DNA of 31,283 bases. Origin: Candidatus Bathyarchaeia archaeon. GTDB lineage: Archaea; Thermoproteota; Bathyarchaeia; JBHIEI01. Below are positions 15,855 through 23,821 of this stretch, piece after piece. The notes under the pieces were generated by a model that was not told the DNA's origin, did no database searches, and saw only the letters and a list, made by a program, of their open reading frames with translations. The position numbers were made by a program, and so were the translations under genes. The stretch is taken from contig JBHIEI010000012.1 in assembly GCA_046760555.1 (NCBI GenBank), positions 1 to 31,283 on the forward strand, given 5' to 3'. Position 1 is the stretch's first letter. Each line of letters opens with the position of its first letter.

Positions 15855-16115
15855 ACACAGTTAGGTGGCGCCCAAGGTTGGGGTTTAAGCTACCGCTCAT
15901 TTGGTGAGATCGATTTTCTGCCCAACGTATAGCGTTAGTAGCCCGGAGATTCGAACTCCCGTCGGCGGGGCCCACTCAATTTTTTACCGACCAAAAAGGA
16001 AAAAGAAATTGAATAGACCAGTGGAATTTCAATTTATTCTAAAAGCTTAGAACTCAAACTGTCAAAACGTCGAAATCAAGAAATGAGCTTAAAAAGGCTC
16101 AATTTCGACTTTAAA

Positions 16116-16218
16116 GTGCCCCGGGCTAGTTCGCCCGTCGCATTTGCACTCTTGATTCCGTTTTGCCATAAACGTGTGAGTAACTAAAGCCAGAGAGGGG
16201 AGATTCGAACATGGATCA
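16116..16218. repeat. Repeat X, copy 2
   Basis: See 11762-11863. It begins with gtgccccggg. Confidence 0.8.
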
Positions 16219-16475
16219 TCGAATTTCCTACAATTTCATCATAAAGAAGAGTTAGCTCACTACAACCACGACAGAATTCGACATAAGAATCTACATCGTG
16301 ATCGAAAGCAAAGCTTGGCTTCCTCTATCCCGAAACACATAGCGACAAGTCGAGGTTGCCAGCTTGGAGAAGCTGGCGGATGAGGTTAGGAAGGTGTAAC
16401 GCTCGGGATGTAAAGGCAAAGCGCTACTTCTTTTTGCGAGAATTTGTTACTAGCAATGAATAAACCAATGTTGAA

Positions 16476-16862
16476 TTGAGAAAACTTGTTCAAATAAGAA
16501 TTGCAGCGATTTTGCTTTGGGCTCACGGACTAATTGAAGTTTTAGGTGCTGTGATGCTGTTAATTTTACCGCCCAAGCTTCTCGCGGTTACAATTCCTTG
16601 GGCTGGCGAAGAATTAGCTTTCATGGCTATGTTATCTGCCATTTCTGGCGGGTTTAGGCTTTTCGTTGGCTATGGGGTATGGTTGATTAGAAAGTGGGGG
16701 GCTGTCCTCGGAATAATTTCCAGCACGGTAACAATGATTGCTGCACCCCAGATTTTTCCATTCGGCATCATGGACACTTCATTTGCAACGGTAGTCTTAG
16801 TGCTTCTGGTGACAGCTTGGTTTGGTAAAGAAAATCTTGTTAAGTTACTTCGTGATGGGTAG
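16476..16862 (+). CDS. Small integral membrane protein M1 (4 TM)
   Basis: 128-aa hydrophobic ORF with a TTG start. Its C-terminal APQIFPFGIMDTSF... is paralogous to the gene remnants embedded in repeat R copies at 11431 and 19200. Confidence 0.55.
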   Translation: MRKLVQIRIAAILLWAHGLIEVLGAVMLLILPPKLLAVTIPWAGEELAFMAMLSAISGGFRLFVGYGVWLIRKWGAVLGIISSTVTMIAAPQIFPFGIMDTSFATVVLVLLVTAWFGKENLVKLLRDG

Positions 16863-17018
16863 AGGCTGGGGCTGCGTTTATCCTAGAAGAGGTTATGACG
16901 CTCTGTAGAAGGACGGCTTGGTAAGTAGTTCACATAACGTTGAAACACTAACTCGGGAATACACCCAAGGGGAAGGTTTTACTTTTTTATTTAGCACCAT
17001 CTTCCTTATGGTCAGTCT

Positions 17019-17384
17019 ATGGATGCTCGTAGGGTTGGGTCGGTCGTTTTTGCGGTTGGAATCACGGACGTAGCTCTGATGGTTTGGATGCCGTTGGCGT
17101 GGAAGTACCTTGTATCATCCCCTAGCTCCGATCTAGTTAGTTTCCCCTTGCTCGTTGCGTCTCCGAACCCGCTTGCCACCTGGCTTCAGTCAGTGTTTGT
17201 TGGGGTGATTCTCGCTGTAAGAGGGGCCCTTATATACGCCAAAAGAACTCGAGTTGCTACAGGCCTAGTTTTATCAGCTCTCGCCGTGCTTTTCACCTTG
17301 TCATCCATGCTCTCGTTCACCTATCATAACTACATCTTGTCCCTCATCCTGTTCCTGCTTGCCATTTTGCTCTTTGCGCTGTGA
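17019..17384 (+). CDS. Small integral membrane protein M2
   Basis: 121-aa hydrophobic ORF that overlaps the next gene by 4 nt (ATGA). Confidence 0.55.
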   Translation: MDARRVGSVVFAVGITDVALMVWMPLAWKYLVSSPSSDLVSFPLLVASPNPLATWLQSVFVGVILAVRGALIYAKRTRVATGLVLSALAVLFTLSSMLSFTYHNYILSLILFLLAILLFAL

Positions 17385-17740
17385 TAATGGAGATCTTTCC
17401 ACCATTCTTCGGAATCATGGGAGTGTCCTTAACGATCATCTTCTTTGCGACTGTATGGTATTGGATGAAGTACAATGAAGTCGAGAATGGTGAGATGAGA
17501 AGGTCAGCGAGATGGAAGATGACGGGCTACTCTCTCCTTCTGATGGCCACCTGGTTCATGTGTGGAATGGTCGCATATCCCGGCTACGCTCTCAGACCTG
17601 AACAGGCGAACTATGAATTCGCCATAGCGATCTCGTATGTCGTGATGATCCTCCTGCTACTCGGCTTCATCTTCGTCTTCTTAGGTCAGCGCAAGGCATA
17701 CTTGACCAAGCTACAAGACTCGAAAACCGCCGAAGGATGA
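17381..17740 (+). CDS. Small integral membrane protein M3
   Basis: 119-aa hydrophobic ORF, translationally coupled to M2. Confidence 0.55.
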   Translation: MIMEIFPPFFGIMGVSLTIIFFATVWYWMKYNEVENGEMRRSARWKMTGYSLLLMATWFMCGMVAYPGYALRPEQANYEFAIAISYVVMILLLLGFIFVFLGQRKAYLTKLQDSKTAEG

Positions 17741-17938
17741 GCCGTGCGCAAAGCCCTTTTATGGGAAGCGGAGCTGTGTCCCTGCAAGGAAGAACGTGAG
17801 AGACAGCCTTTTCGTTTTAATACCTTAGGTTTTCATCGATCACTCTTAAAGTCTATTTCTATCTACGAATTTCTAGTAGAAAAGGTGTGGTCTAGCTAAT
17901 AATCGACTAAATAAAGTTACGGAAATCTCTAGATGTAA

Positions 17939-18484
17939 GTGGTTCTTATGGTATCGCCTCTTGACATCTTCGAGTCGTATAATAACGCCATCTTTCCAAT
18001 GCAATTTGTCACGTTGATCGTGGCGGCCCTATTGGTTTACCTCCTGCATGCCAGGCCGAGCGCCAAGACGAGCGGACTCATGAAGGCATATCTGGCGTTC
18101 ACCTACGCTTGGATTGTGGTGGTATATAATGTGCTTTCCACCCCCAGAGGTTTGGCGGTTGAATTACCACTAATTCTAGTAGTAGAGAATATCGCGGTCT
18201 TCATAGCTAACATCGCCATAGCGATCCTGTTTGCCATGGACGTATTTACGAAGAAGACCGAACTCAAACTTCCCGAAGCGGGATGGCGGAGGAATTTGAC
18301 GCTTCTACTGGTCGTTTGGGCATTTTTCCTGTACCCTCTAAGCGGATGGGTTATTGGCCATCCATACCCTAGAATCCCGCTGTTCGGGGTCTATGAAGAC
18401 TTGGCCCTACTTACGACGGCCATGTATGGCTCGATCATACAGATCAAGTATCGCGCGCGCTCGGGTGAAGTTCCCCCCATTTAG
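17939..18484 (+). CDS. Integral membrane protein M4 (about 5 TM)
   Basis: 181-aa hydrophobic ORF with no family recognised. Confidence 0.55.
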   Translation: MVLMVSPLDIFESYNNAIFPMQFVTLIVAALLVYLLHARPSAKTSGLMKAYLAFTYAWIVVVYNVLSTPRGLAVELPLILVVENIAVFIANIAIAILFAMDVFTKKTELKLPEAGWRRNLTLLLVVWAFFLYPLSGWVIGHPYPRIPLFGVYEDLALLTTAMYGSIIQIKYRARSGEVPPI

Positions 18485-18594
18485 AAATCGGCTAATAGAT
18501 CGGGCTTATAATTGGCACTTTGATATCAATTTACGCTTGAGCATTGGTAGCCAAGGGGATGAAAATCCTAGCTCTGTTTTGCCCGGCAATATTT

Positions 18595-19062
18595 CTAACG
18601 CTTTCCTCCCTTCTCCACAAGCCTTTTAATATTCTCCATCCAGCTTTCAAGCTGCTTTTCGAATCTCCCACGGAAAATCAGTCTTTCGATGATCTTACCA
18701 AAGATCGAATATGGCACCTCGTAGTCCGAACTATATGTGAGCTGGGTTCCCACCTTGGTGGGCTTCATCATCCAAGACACCTTGGTGCCCTTGCGTACCA
18801 ATTTATCTCCGGAGACGACACACCAGGCGATTATCCTGTTTTCCACAAACTCTGTCGCCTCACTATGTATATCGTACCTCCCCCGGCCAGCTAAAACACC
18901 AACCTCGTGAGAAGTCATACCCACTCCGGAACGCTGCTTAGAGGTTATCTCAAACTTCTCAACACTTTTCGTCCATTCCGGATACCTGTCCCAATCCGTC
19001 ATGAAGGCCCAAACCTTTTCCACCGGCGCCTTAATCTCCAACGACCTCTCCACATGACCCAA
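18595..19062 (-). CDS. SRPBCC superfamily protein (polyketide cyclase/dehydrase-like, Bet v1 fold)
   Basis: 155 aa opening IKAPVEKVWAFMTDWDRYPEWTKSVEKFEI, typical of polyketide_cyc2/SRPBCC proteins. Confidence 0.65.
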   Translation of the reverse strand: MGHVERSLEIKAPVEKVWAFMTDWDRYPEWTKSVEKFEITSKQRSGVGMTSHEVGVLAGRGRYDIHSEATEFVENRIIAWCVVSGDKLVRKGTKVSWMMKPTKVGTQLTYSSDYEVPYSIFGKIIERLIFRGRFEKQLESWMENIKRLVEKGGKR

Positions 19063-19211
19063 AAAATCACCTCTGTAAAATCAAATCAGCGCGCACTCTA
19101 TTAAGAACAATGCTTTTTATTACGTTCAAAACATCAACATTATCACCTGTCTGCTTATCAACGAGCCGACGTTCGCAAACTCCGAGGATGGTGGCATAAA
19201 GGCAAACATGA

Positions 19212-19512
19212 GGCCGATATTGATGATCGGCAAAACGATCGAGAACGGGAGCGTTCTGGAGAAACGTCGAAGAAAGGGTATCAGATGATTTCCCGCACAA
19301 GTCTGCAGGAGACGTATGCGCGTCTGACAGGCCAGAAAATAAGCTTTCAAAAATTGCTTGAAAGTCCAAATGAAGCCCAGATCAGCGTGCGTAAAAATCA
19401 GTCTGGAATTCTGGATAAAATCAAAATCGGGAAGTTTGGGGGCAAGTAACGGGGCAAGTTACTGGGTTATTTGCCCGAAAAAAACCCGAAATTCAGGTTT
19501 TCGTGCCCCTGG
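19212..19512. repeat. Diverged direct repeat R, copy 2, ending in GTGCCCCTGG, which is the 3-prime acceptor end of tRNA-Glu on the minus strand
   Basis: Homologous to 11465-11771. Its 5-prime part carries the remnant ...PILMIGKTIENGSVLEKRRRKGIR*. Confidence 0.8.
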
Positions 19513-19597
19513 CGGGATTTGAACCCGCGATCTTGGGCTATCTTCGAATAGTTCACGAAAGGCCCAAATCCTTGCCTGACTGAACGACAGGGGCGAT
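19504..19597 (-). tRNA. tRNA-Glu (anticodon TTC) with an about 16-nt intron in the anticodon loop
   Basis: Minus-strand read GCCCCTG-TC-GTTC-AGTCAGGCAA-GGAT-T-TGGGC-CTTTCG[TGAACTATTCGAAGAT]A-GCCCA-AGATC-GCGGG-TTCAAAT-CCCGC-CAGGGGC-A. Acceptor and T-arm are perfect. The D-stem has two G-U pairs. The extended anticodon helix TTTGGGC/GCCCAAG fits a bulge-helix-bulge intron. An AT-rich TATA-like region lies upstream at 19600-19630. Confidence 0.65.
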
Positions 19598-19759
19598 TCG
19601 AATATTATTGAATTATACTTCATATGTTTCGCGATCTCTCAGAGAGCATCCTTCAACAATCCGCCTTTTCAATCTAGCCTTACTTGTGTCCCTCGGGGTG
19701 CGAGAAGTCGGAAACGCCTATCCCTTAACGTTTTATTGCTCGACCGCTCTCAAAGAGAC

Positions 19760-20554
19760 GTGGGTCTGTCATTCATTGGGTTAGGCCTTTACAACGAAAA
19801 GGGAATATCCGTTCGGGGTCTCGAAGAGGCGAGGAGATCCGACTACGTTTATGTCGAGTTGTACACGAATCCGATGCCCAATCTTTCTCTACGTAGACTC
19901 AGCGAGTCTATCGGGAAGCATCTGGAGGTTGTGAACCGCTCTTTTATTGAGGGCAGTGGAGCCGAGGAGATCCTTGGAAAGGCTCTCTCATCAAACGTCG
20001 CCTTGCTCGTTCCGGGGGATCCTATGATAGCCACAACCCATGTGGCCCTCAGAATCCAGGCCGAGGGAAGGGGCGTGAAAACTAGGATTATACATGGGAC
20101 GTCGGTAGCATCGGCGGCGATAAGTCTGAGCGGTCTACACAGCTACAAGTTCGGCAGGAGCGTTACTATCCCCTTTGATGAATCAGAAACCCCTTACAAC
20201 GTTATTAGGGACAATGGGGCTATGAGCCTTCACAGCTTGGTTTTTCTCGACGTACAAGCGGAAGAGAGAAGGTACATGACCTTGGGGGAGGGGCTAAATC
20301 GCCTTCTAGATATTGAAAGGATCAGAAAAGAAAATGTGGCGACCCCAAGCACGTTGATTGTTGGTCTCGCGAGAGTGGGGTCCGACGATAGCCAAGCCAG
20401 AGCAGGACCAATTAGCAAGCTCATTAGGTTCGATTTCGGTCCCCCACCGCACCTTCTGATCGTTCCGTCCAGACTTCACTTCACGGAAGGTGAGGTCCTG
20501 GTGAAACTTTGCGGTGCCCCTCAAGAGGTGGTGGAGAAACTTGTTGAAGACTGA
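19760..20554 (+). CDS. dph5: Diphthine synthase (EF-2 diphthamide biosynthesis methyltransferase)
   Basis: Tetrapyrrole-methylase fold with LSFIGLGLYNEKGISVRGLEEARRSDYVYVELYT...VPGDPMIATTH, matching archaeal Dph5/DphB. I place the start at GTG 19760 (MGLSFIGLGL) rather than the track TTG at 19736. Confidence 0.85.
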   Translation: MGLSFIGLGLYNEKGISVRGLEEARRSDYVYVELYTNPMPNLSLRRLSESIGKHLEVVNRSFIEGSGAEEILGKALSSNVALLVPGDPMIATTHVALRIQAEGRGVKTRIIHGTSVASAAISLSGLHSYKFGRSVTIPFDESETPYNVIRDNGAMSLHSLVFLDVQAEERRYMTLGEGLNRLLDIERIRKENVATPSTLIVGLARVGSDDSQARAGPISKLIRFDFGPPPHLLIVPSRLHFTEGEVLVKLCGAPQEVVEKLVED

Positions 20555-20801
20555 GTTAGAGAGGAGAGTGGCGAAGTATATTACGAGTGTTGGTAGGGTT
20601 CTGGATGTGATCGAAAAGGCACCAAAGGGCACTAGTGGACCAGCGGACGCGATTATCGAGACCGTCAAGAGATACTTCTCCGATGCCAAGTACTATAAGA
20701 GCCAGAACGATCTGGTTTCGAGCTTGGCGACAGTTGCCTACTGTGAGGGCCTGTTGGATGCCCTTCGAATGCAAGGATTGGCTGAGTTTGAGTGGGAATG
20801 A
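20514..20801 (+). CDS. Small conserved archaeal protein, DUF357-like
   Basis: 95-aa ORF with ...ATVAYCEGLLDALRMQGL, resembling the YAEGWLDA motif I recall for DUF357. The start is uncertain because GTG 20514 overlaps the dph5 end. TTG 20541 or GTG 20568 are alternatives. Confidence 0.5.
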   Translation: MPLKRWWRNLLKTELERRVAKYITSVGRVLDVIEKAPKGTSGPADAIIETVKRYFSDAKYYKSQNDLVSSLATVAYCEGLLDALRMQGLAEFEWE

Positions 20802-21256
20802 TGGAGACGATCGTGCTCGCCTCTGGCGTCTTCGACCTCCTGCATTACGGTCATGTGAGATATCTGGAGGAAGCGAAGAGGAAAGGCGGGAGGGATGCAA
20901 AGCTTATAGTGATCGTCGCCCGCGACAGAACCGTGGAGCGCAAAAAGGGTGAGAAACCGATAGTCCCGGAGAACCAAAGGAGGGCACTAGTCGAGGCCCT
21001 GGAAGTTGTCGATGAGGCACTTCTCGGCTACGAGGACCTAAACCTCAAAAGGGTCATCGACAAAATTAAGCCCAGTGTGGTGGCGGTTGGCTACGACCAG
21101 CGGGGTATCTTGGATGAATTGGAGGACCTCATCTCTAGGGGGGGCTACAGCTTCAAAATAGCTAGGATCGGAAGATTCGGGAGCGACGATCTTGCCAGCT
21201 CCTCCAAGATCAAGAGAAAGATTGTGGAGCGCTGGGGGGTAATTTCTCATGAGTGA
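20792..21256 (+). CDS. ribL: Archaeal FAD synthetase (CTP-dependent-family FMN adenylyltransferase, cytidylyltransferase fold)
   Basis: 154 aa with SGVFDLLHYGHVRYLEEAK, the nucleotidyltransferase (H/T)xGH motif typical of RibL. Confidence 0.8.
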   Translation: MGMMETIVLASGVFDLLHYGHVRYLEEAKRKGGRDAKLIVIVARDRTVERKKGEKPIVPENQRRALVEALEVVDEALLGYEDLNLKRVIDKIKPSVVAVGYDQRGILDELEDLISRGGYSFKIARIGRFGSDDLASSSKIKRKIVERWGVISHE

Positions 21257-21257
21257 C

Positions 21258-21929
21258 TCAAGAGAGTTGGACCCTCACCCTGACTTTGCTTCCAGCCTTA
21301 AGTCCTAGGCGCTTTTTAAGAGACATGGGGGCGATGAGCTCCAACACCGAAGAATCGTAGTGCCCTCTCTCCGTGATTATCACCGCCCCTTCAACCTTCT
21401 CGTTAATTGTGGCCCTATAGCAGTTGACGGCGCCGAAGGAACGCTCAGGGCCCGGGAATCCGTCGATCCTTATCGAGGGATACGATTCCAGCTCCTTCCT
21501 CAGACCCTGATTCAGTGGGTCCAATCTCAGGTTCAGCGTCCCCAGAAAGGGATCGAATCCAAGTTTTTCCATGAACTGCTCCCTATATCCAGATTGGCTC
21601 ATGTACCATCTCCCCTCTCCAAGCCCATCAAAAACCTCCCCCTCTAGAGTAATGAACCTCTCTCTGGGCTCGAGGAGCATCTCCAACGCCGAGTGGACAC
21701 TCTTGAGCTCTTCTACCCCCTTACTCGTCAGTCTGAGTGCGGATCCATCGGGGACGATACTGCGTCTTATGAGCCCTAGGTCGACGAGCTCTATGAGCAG
21801 TCTGGACGCCGTCTGTTGTGATGTCTCCGTTTCCCGGGCGAGTTCGAGAGTCGAGACCTTGACCACACTGTCGATAGCCCCAAGTCTCGCGATGTTATAG
21901 AGGAAGAACCAAAGCCTAGGTTTGATCAT
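21258..21929 (-). CDS. rbkR: CTP-dependent riboflavin kinase fused to an N-terminal winged-helix DNA-binding domain (RbkR-type regulator/kinase)
   Basis: 223 aa. The N-terminal wHTH is LELARETETSQQTASRLLIELVDLGLIRR. The C-terminal archaeal riboflavin kinase domain carries GTLNLRLD, PERSFGAVNCYRATI and ITERGHYDSSVLELIAP. Confidence 0.75.
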   Translation of the reverse strand: MIKPRLWFFLYNIARLGAIDSVVKVSTLELARETETSQQTASRLLIELVDLGLIRRSIVPDGSALRLTSKGVEELKSVHSALEMLLEPRERFITLEGEVFDGLGEGRWYMSQSGYREQFMEKLGFDPFLGTLNLRLDPLNQGLRKELESYPSIRIDGFPGPERSFGAVNCYRATINEKVEGAVIITERGHYDSSVLELIAPMSLKKRLGLKAGSKVRVRVQLS

Positions 21930-22587
21930 CCCCAGCTCGCCTTAATATGCGCTCCCTCACTTTATTTGCTTCCACATGGGCCACTCTTATCGGTTCGGGC
22001 ATGATGTACCCGAGGTTACAATGCCTAACTATGGAGATTGCCTGACGAAGGATCACCTTGTTCCCCACCGAGATGAACATGAGTTTGTCTCTCCCAGGAA
22101 CTCTCAGCGCTGCTCCAAGGACCCTATCGCCAATCCTCACCGGGGCCCAATCTCTTTGATCGAATGAACCCACCTCCCCCACCAATCTATTTTTCGCCAC
22201 ACCGATGCTCGCCACGTTCAGAACGACGCCAAAATGGGTGGCGAGTCCACACCTGTACGGGTGCAGCATCCCGTGTCCGTCGACGAAGTATACATCGGGT
22301 TTGCGCCCGATCGCGTTGGCGGCCTTAACCAAGGGGGGTATTTCCCGGAGTGACAGCAGAGTTGGGACGTAGGGGAAGAAGATCTTCGTCACTGCCGTCT
22401 TAACCTCAACCGTAGCGAGGGTCTTGTAGTCCAAGACGGATACGGCCCCTATCGATGCCCTTTCGGTGTAGGCTACATCAGCACCCGCTACGTATCGTGG
22501 CTTGATTCGTTCGTATACCACCCGTTCCGCCAGGCTCGCTTGCATCCGTCTAGCCCTTTCCACGGAAAATCTCGATGGGACCTTCAC
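21916..22587 (-). CDS. nfi: Endonuclease V (deoxyinosine 3-prime endonuclease)
   Basis: 223 aa with YVAGADVAY, FVDGHGMLHPYRCGLATHFGVVLN and SVGNKV, matching the Nfi family. Its stop overlaps the rbkR start. Confidence 0.8.
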   Translation of the reverse strand: MKVPSRFSVERARRMQASLAERVVYERIKPRYVAGADVAYTERASIGAVSVLDYKTLATVEVKTAVTKIFFPYVPTLLSLREIPPLVKAANAIGRKPDVYFVDGHGMLHPYRCGLATHFGVVLNVASIGVAKNRLVGEVGSFDQRDWAPVRIGDRVLGAALRVPGRDKLMFISVGNKVILRQAISIVRHCNLGYIMPEPIRVAHVEANKVRERILRRAGDDQT

Positions 22588-22675
22588 TCAATAGATTTAA
22601 GCTATCTCGTTTTTAGTCTGGGCGAATATGGAATTCTTTTTGAATGCCACCTAGTCTCTATCTAAAGGTCACAGC

Positions 22676-23821
22676 ATGCTTGATGACGAAACGACGATCC
22701 TGTTAACCCCTGGTCCAATCACAGTTCACCCCAGGGTCGCTCGGGCTATGCAGAGGATAGTCCACCACAGATCGCCCGAATTCAGGGCGATGCTGTCGTC
22801 GTGTCTTTCCAAGCTGAAAGAGGTCATGCAAACGAAGAACGATGTCTTCATACTGACTGGCTCTGGCACATCCGCCATGGAGGCGTCCATCGCGAATTGC
22901 ATATCACCGGGTGACGAGGTCTTAAACATCTTGGGTGGTAAGTTCGGCGATCGATGGTTGAGGATAACAAAGACCTTTGGAGGTGTACCGGTCGAGGTCC
23001 CGGTAGAATGGGGAAAGGCCGTCGATCCCAAACGGGTGATTGAGATCCTCGATGCTCGGCCGAGCATCAAATTCATCACACTCGTTCACAACGAGACATC
23101 CACCGGGGTGCTCCAGCCGGCGGAAGAAATTGGAAGGATCGCACGGGAGTACGAGAAGATCTTGATCGTGGACGGGGTGACCTCGGTTGGTGGAGACTAC
23201 GTGTACCCAGATAAATGGGGGTTCGACCTGCTCGTGACCGGCTCACAGAAATGCATCGGCTGCCCACCTGGTTTGGCCATGATCATGGTGAGTGAGAGGG
23301 CGTGGAGTACAATGGAGGAAAGAAAGGGGACCCCGACCTTCTACTTGGACCTGCAGTCCTACAGAAAGAGCGCGGAAAGGGGCGAAACCCCCTACACTCC
23401 CGCCGTCTCCTTGGTAAGCGCTCTTCACGAGTCGTTAACGATGATACTCGAAGAGGGTCTGGAAAAGAGGGTGGAGAGGCACAGGCTACTGGCACGCGGT
23501 ACAAGAGCTGGCTACAAGGGGATGGGCCTAAAGCTCTTCGCTGATGAAAGACATCTTTCCAACACGGTGACAGCTGTGAGATACCCCGACGGGATCGATG
23601 ACGATTTCATAAGGCTCATGAAAGAGTACGGCATCCTGATCGCTGGGGGACAGGATGAGCTAAAGGGTAAGATCTTCAGGATAGCCCACGTCAACATCTG
23701 TGAACAGCGCGATATACTCGTCACAGTGGGAGCCTCAGAGGTGGCTCTGAGAAAGCTTGGCTACGATGTAAACCTCGGGTCAGGGGTGAAGGCAGCCCAG
23801 GAGGTCTTCCTAAAGGGGTGA
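22676..23821 (+). CDS. Class V pyridoxal-phosphate aminotransferase (serine-pyruvate / alanine-glyoxylate / aspartate aminotransferase family)
   Basis: 381 aa with LTPGP at the N-terminus, TGSGTSAMEA, HNETSTGV, DGVTSVGG and TGSQKCIGCPPGLA (the PLP lysine region). Confidence 0.8.
   Translation: MLDDETTILLTPGPITVHPRVARAMQRIVHHRSPEFRAMLSSCLSKLKEVMQTKNDVFILTGSGTSAMEASIANCISPGDEVLNILGGKFGDRWLRITKTFGGVPVEVPVEWGKAVDPKRVIEILDARPSIKFITLVHNETSTGVLQPAEEIGRIAREYEKILIVDGVTSVGGDYVYPDKWGFDLLVTGSQKCIGCPPGLAMIMVSERAWSTMEERKGTPTFYLDLQSYRKSAERGETPYTPAVSLVSALHESLTMILEEGLEKRVERHRLLARGTRAGYKGMGLKLFADERHLSNTVTAVRYPDGIDDDFIRLMKEYGILIAGGQDELKGKIFRIAHVNICEQRDILVTVGASEVALRKLGYDVNLGSGVKAAQEVFLKG

Noticed and set aside
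15745-15975. 76-aa minus-strand ORF downstream of vapC
   Set aside because: It has a low-complexity Arg/Ser-rich translation and overlaps the tRNA-like fragment. It is more likely noncoding.
18354-18894. Plus-strand ORFs 18354-18629 and 18544-18894
   Set aside because: They overlap M4 and are antisense to the SRPBCC gene, which has a clear family signature.
19067-19369. 100-aa ORF (minus strand) and 74-aa ORF 19126-19350 within repeat R copy 2
   Set aside because: The region is better explained as a diverged noncoding repeat plus a gene remnant on the + strand. These ORFs are not conserved in repeat copy 1.
20306-20977. ORFs 20306-20689(-), 20556-20900(-), 20635-20952(+), 20738-20977(-)
   Set aside because: These are alternative frames over dph5, DUF357 and ribL, with Arg-rich low-complexity translations.
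23076-23724. Arg/Pro/Ser-rich ORFs antisense to the aminotransferase, and 23302-23544(+)
   Set aside because: They sit within a well-supported PLP enzyme gene and have a compositional-artefact signature.
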